From Cyanobacteria bacterium auto_48_18 (GTDB taxonomy: Bacteria > Cyanobacteriota > Vampirovibrionia > Obscuribacterales > Obscuribacteraceae), in NCBI GenBank assembly GCA_036170915.1, contig JAVHQC010000032.1, positions 1 to 64,000 on the forward strand: a DNA stretch of 64,000 nucleotides, read 5' to 3'. Positions within the stretch are counted from its first letter, which is position 1. Each line of letters starts with the position of its first letter. Position numbers and translations under genes: made by a program. The notes below the pieces were generated by a model, which did not search any database, had not been told where the DNA came from, and saw only the letters and a list, made by a program, of their open reading frames with translations. Shown here in pieces: positions 22,503-32,412 of this stretch.

Positions 22503-24797
22503 TTGAAGATCAAGAGTTCCATAGCTCTATTAGCTATATTCCTGCTCCCGGTGGCCGCAGCACTCTACAACACATTTAGCTACGGCAATTTCGAACGCAG
22601 CTCTACCTTCGAAGCCCACTACTCTCAGTCTGGCCAGCTTTTGTCAAAGTGGGTCTACGACTTGAGTGAGGGTGATTATGTTAACCCGCGTCATAGTCCT
22701 ATCGGTCAAGCTCTCTCCATTGATGGCCTGGTTATGCCTTCAATCGCTGCAACGCTTACCAACTTTGCACAGCTCCTTCACCTGACCCCTTCCGTTGTTT
22801 TTGCCATCTTTCAGGCTCTTTTAGCAGGCATCAATGCCTTATTAGTAGCAAGACTCTGCCGCAGGCTGGGTTTCTCTCGATTGTTTGCACAATGCGCTGG
22901 ACTGGCATGGGGTCTCTATCCGGCCCAAATTATTGCCAGTGCTCGGTTTGGCAGTGAACTTCTAGCAACAGCACTCAGTCTTTCGCTAGTTCTATTGTTT
23001 GCGTCGCTTTTGCCGCGAGGTGGCGCTGACAAAAAGCGCGATTTGACTGTCAAAGATTTGATCACAGCCCTGGGAGCTGGTATTGCTTTTGTATTGTCCA
23101 TTCATTTAAATCCGGTACTAACACCGGTGGCTTTCATTTTGCTTATGCTTACTTTGTTGAATGTGCAACCGGGACGTCGCTTATTAACTGTAATGGCTTG
23201 CTTTGCTACCGGCGCATTCATCACTCTAACTCCATGGCTGATCTTTTCACAAGCAGCACTGAACCACTGCACTCTGCTGCCCGACCGAGCGGCGGCCCTC
23301 AATCTGGCTTCTGGTCTAGACATTGAAGCAGACGGCTGGTCAACAATGCCGCCTACCCCCGCTCAATCACTGGTAGCAGACCAGGCACCACTAGACACCT
23401 TTGTCCTCGCCATAAAAGAACGCCCATTGCCACTAGCGGCACTGTGCGCTCGAAAAGTGGAGCGTATATTTCGCCATCCATGGAATGACTTCAAAGTTAC
23501 CAGCCTTGGTCTTCCGCCGTCAGCCCAGATTCTCATTCACCAACTATTGCTGCTGGGCGGAGTTCTTGGCACTGTCTATCTGATTATCATGGAACGACTT
23601 TGGCAGAACAAAGTAAATAAGTTAAGCGGGCGAGACCTGATTAAAATCGCCGCACTGCTCATGGTGGCAGGTCACTTTATTCTAATTTTCTTTGAAGCCC
23701 AGGCAAGATACGGCTTCACTGCTATGTCGTGGATTGTGATTTTGACTATTATTGGTTTAGATCACCTGGAGCATACCTGGCATTCGCGCGCGGTGAGCGC
23801 CAGCTTTATTTTAGCTGTGATACTGGTGGTGGTTAATCGCATTGAACTAGCACCGTTACTAGTGAAAGCTTGCGGCAATATCGACAATGCCACCAAGTTG
23901 GTAAATTTTGTTCTAGCCCTTGCATTTGCAGTCTGGCTGGCGACTTGCTCAAGAGCGGCAGAAGCCAAACGAGTAGGTGGCGTCAACAGTGAGAAAAATT
24001 TGAGTCTTTTGGGGCGAATGATTTTGGCCGGCTCACTGGTTTTCAGTTTTACTTTTTTACATCTGGAGGAGCAGCTTGCCTCCCCTCCCCAATGGCTCTG
24101 TCAGCTCAAAGGAGAGCAATCAGTGACTCGAGCTTTAACTATTCCCCAGGCAGTAGCAGCGCGTTGGCAAAGCGGCAAAACTAGCGAAAACAATAGCGAA
24201 GATCTTTGGGCTGCTGTTTTAATCGATGGTAGCGAAAGTGTTGAGAAATGCACAGTGTCTTTAAACGGAGTTCAATTACCACCCGCACAAACCTTGATTG
24301 ATTTCGTCGCAGAAAATTTCAAAGCCTCAGATGAAACTACTATCGTTGCCGACACGGCAAAAGCCGCTGGCATTCCCATTAGCAAAATGAAACAGTGGCG
24401 GGTGGCACCGGCTCCGCTTTCGGCCATCGACTTTTCAGCGCAGGGAAAAAACACCATTACTCTTACAGCTCCAAAAGATGGAGCGTTACTGTACGGCCAG
24501 TATGCTCACCGAGGTGAGCCACCGTCATTGCCGGCTCTATGGACTTTTTCTTTGTCAAAATATAGCTTTGACGGTGACATTCGTGTGGTTCTAAAACCAC
24601 AGCCACGACAGGCCTTGATGGCGAAAGCTGATCTGTCGCCGGCAGCAGGTGAACAAAATGGCGAATATCGCCTGTTTCTCTTATTGGGCGACACGCCAAA
24701 GCAAAGCGACACACTGAAGGGAAGCGACGCCCTAAAGCGAAGCGAAACCGTGAAGTCGCTCAGGCACTTCAATGACGTCCACAAAATTGTGCTTTAG
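22503..24797 (+). CDS. ArnT/PMT-like (GT-C) membrane glycosyltransferase-like protein with C-terminal extracytoplasmic domain
   Basis: Multiple TMs; AWGLYP, SELLAT, PWL, ARYG patterns typical of GT39/GT83-like proteins. Confidence 0.65.
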   Translation: MKIKSSIALLAIFLLPVAAALYNTFSYGNFERSSTFEAHYSQSGQLLSKWVYDLSEGDYVNPRHSPIGQALSIDGLVMPSIAATLTNFAQLLHLTPSVVFAIFQALLAGINALLVARLCRRLGFSRLFAQCAGLAWGLYPAQIIASARFGSELLATALSLSLVLLFASLLPRGGADKKRDLTVKDLITALGAGIAFVLSIHLNPVLTPVAFILLMLTLLNVQPGRRLLTVMACFATGAFITLTPWLIFSQAALNHCTLLPDRAAALNLASGLDIEADGWSTMPPTPAQSLVADQAPLDTFVLAIKERPLPLAALCARKVERIFRHPWNDFKVTSLGLPPSAQILIHQLLLLGGVLGTVYLIIMERLWQNKVNKLSGRDLIKIAALLMVAGHFILIFFEAQARYGFTAMSWIVILTIIGLDHLEHTWHSRAVSASFILAVILVVVNRIELAPLLVKACGNIDNATKLVNFVLALAFAVWLATCSRAAEAKRVGGVNSEKNLSLLGRMILAGSLVFSFTFLHLEEQLASPPQWLCQLKGEQSVTRALTIPQAVAARWQSGKTSENNSEDLWAAVLIDGSESVEKCTVSLNGVQLPPAQTLIDFVAENFKASDETTIVADTAKAAGIPISKMKQWRVAPAPLSAIDFSAQGKNTITLTAPKDGALLYGQYAHRGEPPSLPALWTFSLSKYSFDGDIRVVLKPQPRQALMAKADLSPAAGEQNGEYRLFLLLGDTPKQSDTLKGSDALKRSETVKSLRHFNDVHKIVL

Positions 24798-24823
24798 TTC
24801 AAGACCAGCAAGATCCCTAGGAA

Positions 24824-25294
24824 CTAGCGAGCATCACGCAACATCTGGTCGACATATTTGGACAGATAAGGCAATCGGTAGTCGTGACCTAAGAATGTCT
24901 CATAGACCATTTTCAAACTGATCAAGCCATAGGCTGCCCAGACCAGAAATGGCACAATCATACCCAGCGGTACTGCTATTAGAGGCCCAATTAACGGAAT
25001 TGCGCCAACTATGCTGATGACAATACTAATTGCTACCATCACAAGCAGCGCCGCGCCTGCAAAAACCAGGCTCTGCATGGCATGGTAACGATTGAATGTG
25101 TGATTTTCAGAGGGGGAATTGAGCAAAATCAAAGCGGCAACCACTTGAATAAGCCCTAAAGGCAGATAGCCAATGGCGTTTGCCACATTGCAATCTACCG
25201 GATTGTTAAACACAGAGGTCTTGCCCAGATTGACAACGGGCGGGCTGCCCGTCGGGTCGTTATCGTCAGCACCGGGCCGATTTGGTAAGTTCAT
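24824..25294 (-). CDS. DUF4870-like membrane protein
   Basis: YL..L....F.RYHAMQSL, IPLIG, G..YRLP.L; AGAGGA RBS before ATG 25294. Confidence 0.75.
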   Translation of the reverse strand: MNLPNRPGADDNDPTGSPPVVNLGKTSVFNNPVDCNVANAIGYLPLGLIQVVAALILLNSPSENHTFNRYHAMQSLVFAGAALLVMVAISIVISIVGAIPLIGPLIAVPLGMIVPFLVWAAYGLISLKMVYETFLGHDYRLPYLSKYVDQMLRDAR

Positions 25295-25399
25295 ATTTAA
25301 CTTATCCTCTAGAGGGTTTATATTTAGGGGTACGCATTTGTTGCCGGTCACTTTATAGAATGTATCTTAACCCTTGCCTGACCATACGCGGAGGACAAT

Positions 25400-26266
25400 T
25401 TGCCAAATACCTCGCTGGTCGGCGCAATACTTGCAGACCGCTACGAAATAATTAGCGAAATCGGTCGCGGAGCGCTCGGCGTAGTCTACATGGCCAGACA
25501 TCTGGTGATGGAAAAGACTGTAGCGGTAAAAGTTTTATTTGGTGAAGTAGAAAAAGACGAAACCAATTTTCTGCGGTTTCAAAGAGAAGCGCAAGCGGCC
25601 AGCTCCATGAGCCATCCTAATATTGTTGTGGTTTACGACTTCGGCATCTCACAGAATCAGACTCCTTTTCTGGTGATGGATTATGTGGAGGGGATCAACC
25701 TCAAAGAAGTTCTGCAAAGGCACGGCAAATTGCCGATTGAGCGCGCTGTGCAAATCTTTACGCAAATGGCTTCAGCACTTGAGCATGCTCATTCGAAAGG
25801 TATTTTGCACCGCGACATTAAACCTGAAAACGTAGTGCTGATGCGCACCGCCTGGAACCCCGAATTCGTCAAACTGGTAGATTTTGGCATCGCTAAATAT
25901 GTCAACGAACCAGCCAAGATGTCGAAAAAGCTGACCATGGACGGCGAAGTGCTTGGTACCCCAGCTTATATGAGTCCTGAGCAAATTCTCGACGGCAAAT
26001 TAGATTCACGCTCAGACATTTATTGCCTGGGAGTTTTGATGTATAACACCATATCTGGACAACTGCCCATTTTAGGCAACACCGCCAGTGATACCATGAG
26101 CAAACACATCACAGATATTCCGCCCGATCTGGCCGAGTCGTGCCCAGGGGTCAAAGTGCCTCACAAACTCAGTCGCACGATTATGAAAGCTTTGAAGAAG
26201 CATCCGCAAGATCGGCATCAAACCATGAGGGAATTGCTAATAGAACTGGAAAACTATCGCGATTGA
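25400..26266 (+). CDS. Stand-alone Ser/Thr protein kinase
   Basis: GRGALG, AVK, RFQREA, HRDIKPEN, DFG, GTPAYMSPE; GGAGGA RBS before TTG. Confidence 0.93.
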   Translation: MPNTSLVGAILADRYEIISEIGRGALGVVYMARHLVMEKTVAVKVLFGEVEKDETNFLRFQREAQAASSMSHPNIVVVYDFGISQNQTPFLVMDYVEGINLKEVLQRHGKLPIERAVQIFTQMASALEHAHSKGILHRDIKPENVVLMRTAWNPEFVKLVDFGIAKYVNEPAKMSKKLTMDGEVLGTPAYMSPEQILDGKLDSRSDIYCLGVLMYNTISGQLPILGNTASDTMSKHITDIPPDLAESCPGVKVPHKLSRTIMKALKKHPQDRHQTMRELLIELENYRD

Positions 26267-26308
26267 AAACTTGTTTCAGCATTCAGTACCAGGAATATTA
26301 AAAGCCCG

Positions 26309-27244
26309 ATGCGCAGAAGAACCGTCCTGATTACCCTTTCACTGCTCTTTATTATTGCCATCCCCTTTGTCACCAAAGCTAATGATGACAAAGGCCCCGG
26401 CAGTTTGCGAAAAATTCCTGATCTTTCTTATCTAGACAAAAATTCCAAAGATTCAAAAGATGAAAGCCAACTGCTTGATCTTTACATTCCCACCAAACCC
26501 ACAGCAGGCAGCGTGCCTCTCATTGTTTTCATTCACGGCGGAGCCTGGTTGCAAGGCGACAAAAGCGAAGCAAGAGATCTGGCAATGCTACTCGCTCAAG
26601 CAGGTTTTGCTACTGCCAGCATCAACTATCGCTTAAGCCAGCAAGCACCCTTTCCTGCACAAATTGAAGATTGCAAAAATGCTATCCGTTACCTGCGCGC
26701 TCATGCCATGGAATATGGTTACGACGGCAATAAAATAGGTGTCTGGGGAGTTTCTGCTGGTGGCCATCTGGCTGCATTACTGGGCACTTTGAGCACCAGC
26801 GATCCACCTGCGCTATTGCCTAACGACAGCGGCGTGCAGGCGGTTTGCGACTGGTGCGGGCCCACCGATTTAATTTCGGTGGCTAAACAAGCAGGCTCCA
26901 GAACTAAAATCGATTACGATTCGGCATCAGGACCGGTGGCAAAACTTTTGGGTGGCCTGGTCACAGAAAAGAAGGAGCTGGCCATGGAAGCCAGTCCAAT
27001 CAACTATGTAACTAAAGGCGATCCGCCAATTTTGATTGTTCATGGTGACATTGACGATCTGGTGCCTTTTGCCCAAAGTGAAGAATTTGCGGCAAAACTC
27101 AAAGCTGCTGGTGTGCCATCAAAGCTGGTGACGGTCAAAGGAGCCGGCCACAACTTAGGCTCAGACACCGAAATTAAGAGGCTGACCGATTTTTTCCGTC
27201 AGGTTCTGGTTGAAGGTAAACGCGATTTTCAAATCGACAACTAA
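26309..27244 (+). CDS. Exported alpha/beta hydrolase (HSL-like esterase)
   Basis: HGGAW, GVSAGGH (nucleophile Ser), HGDIDDLV, GAGH; signal peptide. Confidence 0.92.
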   Translation: MRRRTVLITLSLLFIIAIPFVTKANDDKGPGSLRKIPDLSYLDKNSKDSKDESQLLDLYIPTKPTAGSVPLIVFIHGGAWLQGDKSEARDLAMLLAQAGFATASINYRLSQQAPFPAQIEDCKNAIRYLRAHAMEYGYDGNKIGVWGVSAGGHLAALLGTLSTSDPPALLPNDSGVQAVCDWCGPTDLISVAKQAGSRTKIDYDSASGPVAKLLGGLVTEKKELAMEASPINYVTKGDPPILIVHGDIDDLVPFAQSEEFAAKLKAAGVPSKLVTVKGAGHNLGSDTEIKRLTDFFRQVLVEGKRDFQIDN

Positions 27245-27246
27245 AA

Positions 27247-28440
27247 CTAATTAGGGCTTTTGCTGAAGCGAATCACTTGCTGCTGATTATCGATGGTGTA
27301 CTGCCAGTCGCCGACAAAATCTTGGCCTAGAAGTGGCTTGTGCACTGTAGCACTGTCGCTCACCCCTACAGCAAAATTTTTCCTTTCAATCGGGCCCAGT
27401 TTGAAATCAGCCACAACTCCCACCGCTGCCATAGCTTTACCGGCGATACCTGAAATAGAAAAAGGCGGCCGCCTGCCGTCGATGACAATGGCAGCCTTGC
27501 GCGCTTCTTCTTGAGAAAATAGACAAAGTGAAGCTCCGGTGTCAAACACCATTGGTGTGGCCTTTCCGTTTAGGAGGGGAGTGACGATTAAAGAATCGCC
27601 CTCTTTCTTAAATGGCACTGTAAACACATAGCGACCCGATGAATTGACTGTTAATGCCGGCGCAATTGTGCGCACCAGATTTGGTGTCTCGAGTGAGCGG
27701 TGCTTAAAAGTAATCGCTCTCGCGGCCGAATCTATGCTGTATTCAAAATCACGATAAAACTCTTGGCCCAGCAAGGGCTGTTCCATAGGCACATTGCTTA
27801 CCATGACTGGGAAGTTATGTCTTTCCAATCGGCCAATTCTAAGATTGATATTCATGTTCCAGATTGGCACAGGCTCTGTCTGTCCCACTCCGCCTCCATA
27901 ACCAGTGGGAGAGCCCGTCGGCATAGGCAGCCCCAGCTGTTTAAGTTGAGTGGTAGTGAGTAAACAGCGCTCAGCGCCAGTGTCAAAAATGAAAGTCATT
28001 GGCTTATTGTTGACATAACCGTCTACCAACATAGTATGGCCACGCAGGTCGTATTTAACCCAGGTTTCGCGGGGCAATGTTGCTGCTTCGGCACTTTTCG
28101 CTGCCGCCATCTGGCGCAAATTGGTCGCCGCCTGCAGTGCTGCACCGGTGCCTTTATAGTGATCGATAACAAATTGATACTGCTCTTTAGCCTTATCAAG
28201 GTGGCCCATCTGATGCACGCTAACGGCCAGGTAATAAGCAGCTTCAGCATTCTCAGGATGAAGCTTCAAGGCCTCGACAAAGCTTTTGAAGGCTTTCATA
28301 TACTCTTGCTGCTTGTATAGGCTTACACCCTCTTTGAAAAAGTCGGTCTCAGCCCGTGCTCCAGAGGCACCGAGCCAGAGCAAGGCACCAAGAAAGAGAG
28401 ACAACCGCTGATATTTTCTTACCACCTTCAACATAATCAC
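27247..28440 (-). CDS. TPR protein with two retropepsin-like aspartyl protease domains
   Basis: Signal peptide, TPRs, then two copies of (I/V)FDTGA followed by PLLGQ(E/D)F. Confidence 0.87.
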   Translation of the reverse strand: MIMLKVVRKYQRLSLFLGALLWLGASGARAETDFFKEGVSLYKQQEYMKAFKSFVEALKLHPENAEAAYYLAVSVHQMGHLDKAKEQYQFVIDHYKGTGAALQAATNLRQMAAAKSAEAATLPRETWVKYDLRGHTMLVDGYVNNKPMTFIFDTGAERCLLTTTQLKQLGLPMPTGSPTGYGGGVGQTEPVPIWNMNINLRIGRLERHNFPVMVSNVPMEQPLLGQEFYRDFEYSIDSAARAITFKHRSLETPNLVRTIAPALTVNSSGRYVFTVPFKKEGDSLIVTPLLNGKATPMVFDTGASLCLFSQEEARKAAIVIDGRRPPFSISGIAGKAMAAVGVVADFKLGPIERKNFAVGVSDSATVHKPLLGQDFVGDWQYTIDNQQQVIRFSKSPN

Positions 28441-28549
28441 ATTTTAGACTAAAGCGGGCAAACGGTTTCTTATAGCGAAAGTTTCAGGGGCGTTATAATG
28501 GAAACTCAGGTACCTGGACCAGTCCGGTAGCAATTTCACTACAAATAAC

Positions 28550-29515
28550 ATGACCACGTGCCCGGCGGTGCTGATTATGCCTTTGAATTTCAACAGCTCG
28601 CTTAAAGTTCTTGCTCCGGCACTAGTGCTACTTATTTACTGTCAGCCCGCTTTAGCCGGTAAATACGACAGGCAATACACTGCCCAGCAGCGAATCAAAC
28701 TTGCCAGACAACTTATTTTTGATGGTCACCATGAAGACGCCAGACGAGTGGTGGCACCACTTTGTCACAAGCCTGATACCACCGCAGAAATGTATTGTAT
28801 TCTGGCCAGCACTTATCTCGACGATCCTGAACAAGATCCAAAGGCAAACAAAGAAATTGAAAATTGTCTCAATCTGGCTATCAAATTGAAACCAGACTCA
28901 GGCGAGCCTTACAGCATAATGGCTGAACATTTGCTCGCTCTCGGTGACTACAAAGGAGTCTTGAAGTATTCAGACAAAGCAATGAACGCTAAATTTCCTG
29001 CACCTTCAAGTTTAAGACAAAGCGCTATTGCCCGCAGCAATCTCGGGCAACATCAAGCCGCACTTGCCGACTTCAATAAATTCATGGACTCAGGCAGACA
29101 TATCAACTTTTACAATCTCAATTCCAAAGCCAGCCTTTTAAGCAAGCTCAATCGCTTTGACGAAGCAGCTGCCGTTTTGAGACAATCGCTAACTCTGCGC
29201 AATCAAGATCAGACCGTCTACCAGCTGGCCAGTTGCCTGCAAATGGCAGGTAAATATCAAGCCGCCATCGACGAACTGACTAAGCTGCTTAAGATCAATC
29301 CACTAGATGAAGAAGCGCTGACTCTGCGTGCTCGCATTGAAATCAAAAACAAAGATCTGACTGCCGCAGTCAAAGATTTCAGTAAAGCAGTCGAACTCGA
29401 GCCTTCGGCTAAACTCTACAGAGAGCGCGCCGAAGTCTATAAATTGCTCAATCAAAAAGCAGCAGCGGCAAGAGATCTGGCTAAAGCCGAGGCGCTGATG
29501 AAGCAGCCTTTTTAG
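28550..29515 (+). CDS. Exported TPR protein
   Basis: Signal peptide (PALA) and many TPR units. Alternative start 28577. Confidence 0.85.
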   Translation: MTTCPAVLIMPLNFNSSLKVLAPALVLLIYCQPALAGKYDRQYTAQQRIKLARQLIFDGHHEDARRVVAPLCHKPDTTAEMYCILASTYLDDPEQDPKANKEIENCLNLAIKLKPDSGEPYSIMAEHLLALGDYKGVLKYSDKAMNAKFPAPSSLRQSAIARSNLGQHQAALADFNKFMDSGRHINFYNLNSKASLLSKLNRFDEAAAVLRQSLTLRNQDQTVYQLASCLQMAGKYQAAIDELTKLLKINPLDEEALTLRARIEIKNKDLTAAVKDFSKAVELEPSAKLYRERAEVYKLLNQKAAAARDLAKAEALMKQPF

Positions 29516-29769
29516 CCAGGATCGCCCATGGGATCTTCACTGGCCGGACGAACATTTCTACCGCCACGTTCATTTGCACCAGGATCACCAAGGGGATCTT
29601 GGCTGGCTGGTTGAACCGAACGGTCGCCGTCATTTTGCTGACCATATTTACCAAAAAGATTCTCAATGCCACCAACTAAGCCACCAGGATCATGACCTGG
29701 CTTATGAGGGGTACTGGGATCTTGATAAATTGCATTTTTGATCTCTTCCAACAAAGACATTAAACTCAT
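29512..29769 (-). CDS. Small hydrophilic hypothetical protein with repeated VxPASxDPxGDPG motif
   Basis: GGAGG RBS; VQPASQDPLGDPG and VRPASEDPMGDPG. Confidence 0.8.
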   Translation of the reverse strand: MSLMSLLEEIKNAIYQDPSTPHKPGHDPGGLVGGIENLFGKYGQQNDGDRSVQPASQDPLGDPGANERGGRNVRPASEDPMGDPG

Positions 29770-29793
29770 AGAACCTCCAAAGTAAAAAACCGA

Positions 29794-30252
29794 TTAGTCA
29801 GAACCTAAACCAAGCAAATTGCGGCCTGTTGTGCGGCCGTCGTAACCCTCAAACTGAGAATACTGTTCAGCTTCACCCATGGGCACAGCAATGCCTTCTC
29901 TTGGTGCTGTTACCCAATGCACTCGACCGCCTGCTTCGCGATAATAAACGCGACCATTCTTAGAGAGATAATATTGCGGCTCAGCAGTATTACCGTTCAC
30001 ACGCGCTGCTTGATTCTTTTTATACATGTAATAGAGAGCGGCAGCCCCAGCCAACATGGCAACTTTCTGACCGTTTGACATACCCGGACGGGCCGGTGCG
30101 CTGGCACGACTAGTGCCGCTTCGAGTTGATTCGTCAATTGGTGGCAAATGTGAAGTGCTGGATGTGCTCGATCCGCACGCAGTAAGCGATTGCGATAGCA
30201 CTACAGCAGACACTACTAGCGCAGCTTGTTGCGAAAAATTGTGTTTATTCAT
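29794..30252 (-). CDS. Hypothetical lipoprotein
   Basis: Lipobox LTAC after a hydrophobic stretch; GQKVAMLAGAAALYYMY, QYYLSKNGRVYYR; AGGA RBS. Confidence 0.8.
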   Translation of the reverse strand: MNKHNFSQQAALVVSAVVLSQSLTACGSSTSSTSHLPPIDESTRSGTSRASAPARPGMSNGQKVAMLAGAAALYYMYKKNQAARVNGNTAEPQYYLSKNGRVYYREAGGRVHWVTAPREGIAVPMGEAEQYSQFEGYDGRTTGRNLLGLGSD

Positions 30253-30460
30253 TCCGTTTATCTATCCTTTTTTTGCTTTGCTCAGCTCTGCAAGAACTCG
30301 AAGGACGACGGAGGCAAATCGAACAAGTTCCGACACTGCCCCTTCTCTTCTATAAACTAGAACGTATACGTTTTGCATGCAAAAACATTCGACTCTCTCA
30401 AAATAGAAGAGAGAAGTAATCATCTGGTCAGCTCAACCAGAAATCTATACTCTAAATAAA

Positions 30461-31720
30461 TCAACCAACACGTTTGAGAGTAACGCTAAAGCAACTGCCT
30501 TTACCCACTTCACTCTTTACGCTGATCTCGCCACTGTGTCTGTCAACAACTGCTTTGACAATCGCCAGTCCCAGACCAAAGCCACCAATACTGCGCGAGC
30601 GCGATTTATCAACGCGGTAAAAACGCTGAAAGATATGGGGCAAACTTTCAGCCGGAATGCCAATACCTGTATCTTCAACCATTATGGTAATCCAGTTGCT
30701 GGCCACTTGGTATTTGACCTCCACCGCTCCACCTTCATCGGTATAGCGAATAGCATTAGCAATCAAATTTAGAAGCATCCGCTCAAGCGATTCGCTATTA
30801 CCAAGCACAGTGACTTTTGGAATTGGTTGAGAGCTGAGTTTGATATCTTTGGGAATCGCTAATTGTTCGCATTCTGCCAGGACAGGCGCAGCCAGGCTCT
30901 CAAGCTCGATATGGTCGATAGGAGGGGGATAATCTGGCGACTCCATTCGCGATAACACTACTAGACTTTGACCCAGCGCTTTCATGCGTCCACTGGCACG
31001 ATTGATGATCGCCAGCACATTGCCGTCAACTTGAGTGTCGTCAAATGTCGCTTCAAGTGTTTGCACCGATGCTTCAATCACAGTAATAGGTGTGTTGATT
31101 TCGTGAGCGGCATCGGCTACAAACTGACGCAATAATTCCATAGTCTCTTCAACTGGTTTGACCGCATTGCCGGCAAACCACGAACCGCAAACTGCCACAG
31201 CAAGAGCTAGAAAAGGCGAAAGTGAAACCATAGTCAAAACAATTTGTTTAAGGGCATCGTCTCTCTGCCTGACCGAAATCTGCACTTGCAGATAGCCACT
31301 CAATTTGGTGTCATCATAAATTTCAGCATGATAAGAACGCAAAGTGGCGTCATCGAGACTGACCGGATTGACCCCATCTTTGCCAGCATCGCCGTGCACA
31401 AATCCTGAGCTTAAAGCTCGGTGACCTACCGGTCCAAACTCTTCAAGCATTTTTCCGTTGGTGTCAAAAATTTGAATACTGAAAGGCATCTCTTCACGCC
31501 TCGCCTGCGCCCGCCCGCCCCATCTTTTCAAAGAAGGTCCGGCGCTCGTATTGTCTACTGCAGGCATCACTTCAGCAGCAAGACCTCGCAACTCATTATC
31601 AATCGAACGGTCGAGCTGTGCCGCAAACATAAAAATTGCCACAGCGCCGCCGGCAAAATAAAGCAAAACAAAAAGCAATACAAATTCGATGGTGAGGCGG
31701 CGTCGCAGATCGTGCTTCAC
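30461..31720 (-). CDS. Sensor histidine kinase (HisKA + HATPase)
   Basis: Two TMs, FVADAAHEINTP H-box, NLIANAIRY, DTGIGI, FQRFYRVD, GFGLGL. Confidence 0.95.
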   Translation of the reverse strand: MKHDLRRRLTIEFVLLFVLLYFAGGAVAIFMFAAQLDRSIDNELRGLAAEVMPAVDNTSAGPSLKRWGGRAQARREEMPFSIQIFDTNGKMLEEFGPVGHRALSSGFVHGDAGKDGVNPVSLDDATLRSYHAEIYDDTKLSGYLQVQISVRQRDDALKQIVLTMVSLSPFLALAVAVCGSWFAGNAVKPVEETMELLRQFVADAAHEINTPITVIEASVQTLEATFDDTQVDGNVLAIINRASGRMKALGQSLVVLSRMESPDYPPPIDHIELESLAAPVLAECEQLAIPKDIKLSSQPIPKVTVLGNSESLERMLLNLIANAIRYTDEGGAVEVKYQVASNWITIMVEDTGIGIPAESLPHIFQRFYRVDKSRSRSIGGFGLGLAIVKAVVDRHSGEISVKSEVGKGSCFSVTLKRVG

Positions 31721-32395
31721 TTAATTTTCACCGAGTTTATAACCTACACCATATACAGTGGCAATGATTGATGCCGTGCCGGCTGTATCAAGTTTCTTTC
31801 TTAGCCTGGTAATGTGGCCGCGCACCGTATCAAGCAATGCTTCGGTATCAGATTCCCAAACACTAGATAATATGTCTTCAGCCGAGAATACTTGGTGCGG
31901 ATGGCGCAAGAAAAATTCCAGCAAGCGAAATTCTTTTGGCAATAAATGTACTTCGTGGCCGCCTTTTAAAACTTTGAATTCGTGCACATCGACTTCAAGA
32001 TCACGAAAAATCATTACATCTTGCGCTTGCCCGTGATTGCGCCGCAACACTGCGCGCACGCGCGCGGCCAGCTCTTTCAATAAAAATGGCTTGGTCATAT
32101 AATCGTCGGCGCCTGAATCAAGACCGGTCTCTTTATCATCAACATGCCCCTTGGCTGTAACCATAATAATTCCGGCGGACCCACCGGCCTTACGATAACG
32201 TTTGCAAATCTCCATACCGTTTAATGACGGCAGCATGATATCGAGAATAACAACGTCATAGTTGTTAGTCTCCATGCGAATCAGAGCCTCTAACCCATCA
32301 TCAGCTATTTCGACAAGATGATGCTCCTTAACCAGCCAGTTCTTTACAAGCTCCGCCAGATCGGCCTCGTCTTCAACAATGAGAATTTTTGCCAT
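31721..32395 (-). CDS. OmpR/PhoB-family response regulator
   Basis: ILIVEDE, LDIMLP, GADDYMTKPF; winged helix ending TVYGVGY. Confidence 0.96.
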   Translation of the reverse strand: MAKILIVEDEADLAELVKNWLVKEHHLVEIADDGLEALIRMETNNYDVVILDIMLPSLNGMEICKRYRKAGGSAGIIMVTAKGHVDDKETGLDSGADDYMTKPFLLKELAARVRAVLRRNHGQAQDVMIFRDLEVDVHEFKVLKGGHEVHLLPKEFRLLEFFLRHPHQVFSAEDILSSVWESDTEALLDTVRGHITRLRKKLDTAGTASIIATVYGVGYKLGEN

Positions 32396-32412
32396 AGTTC
32401 AATAATACTATC

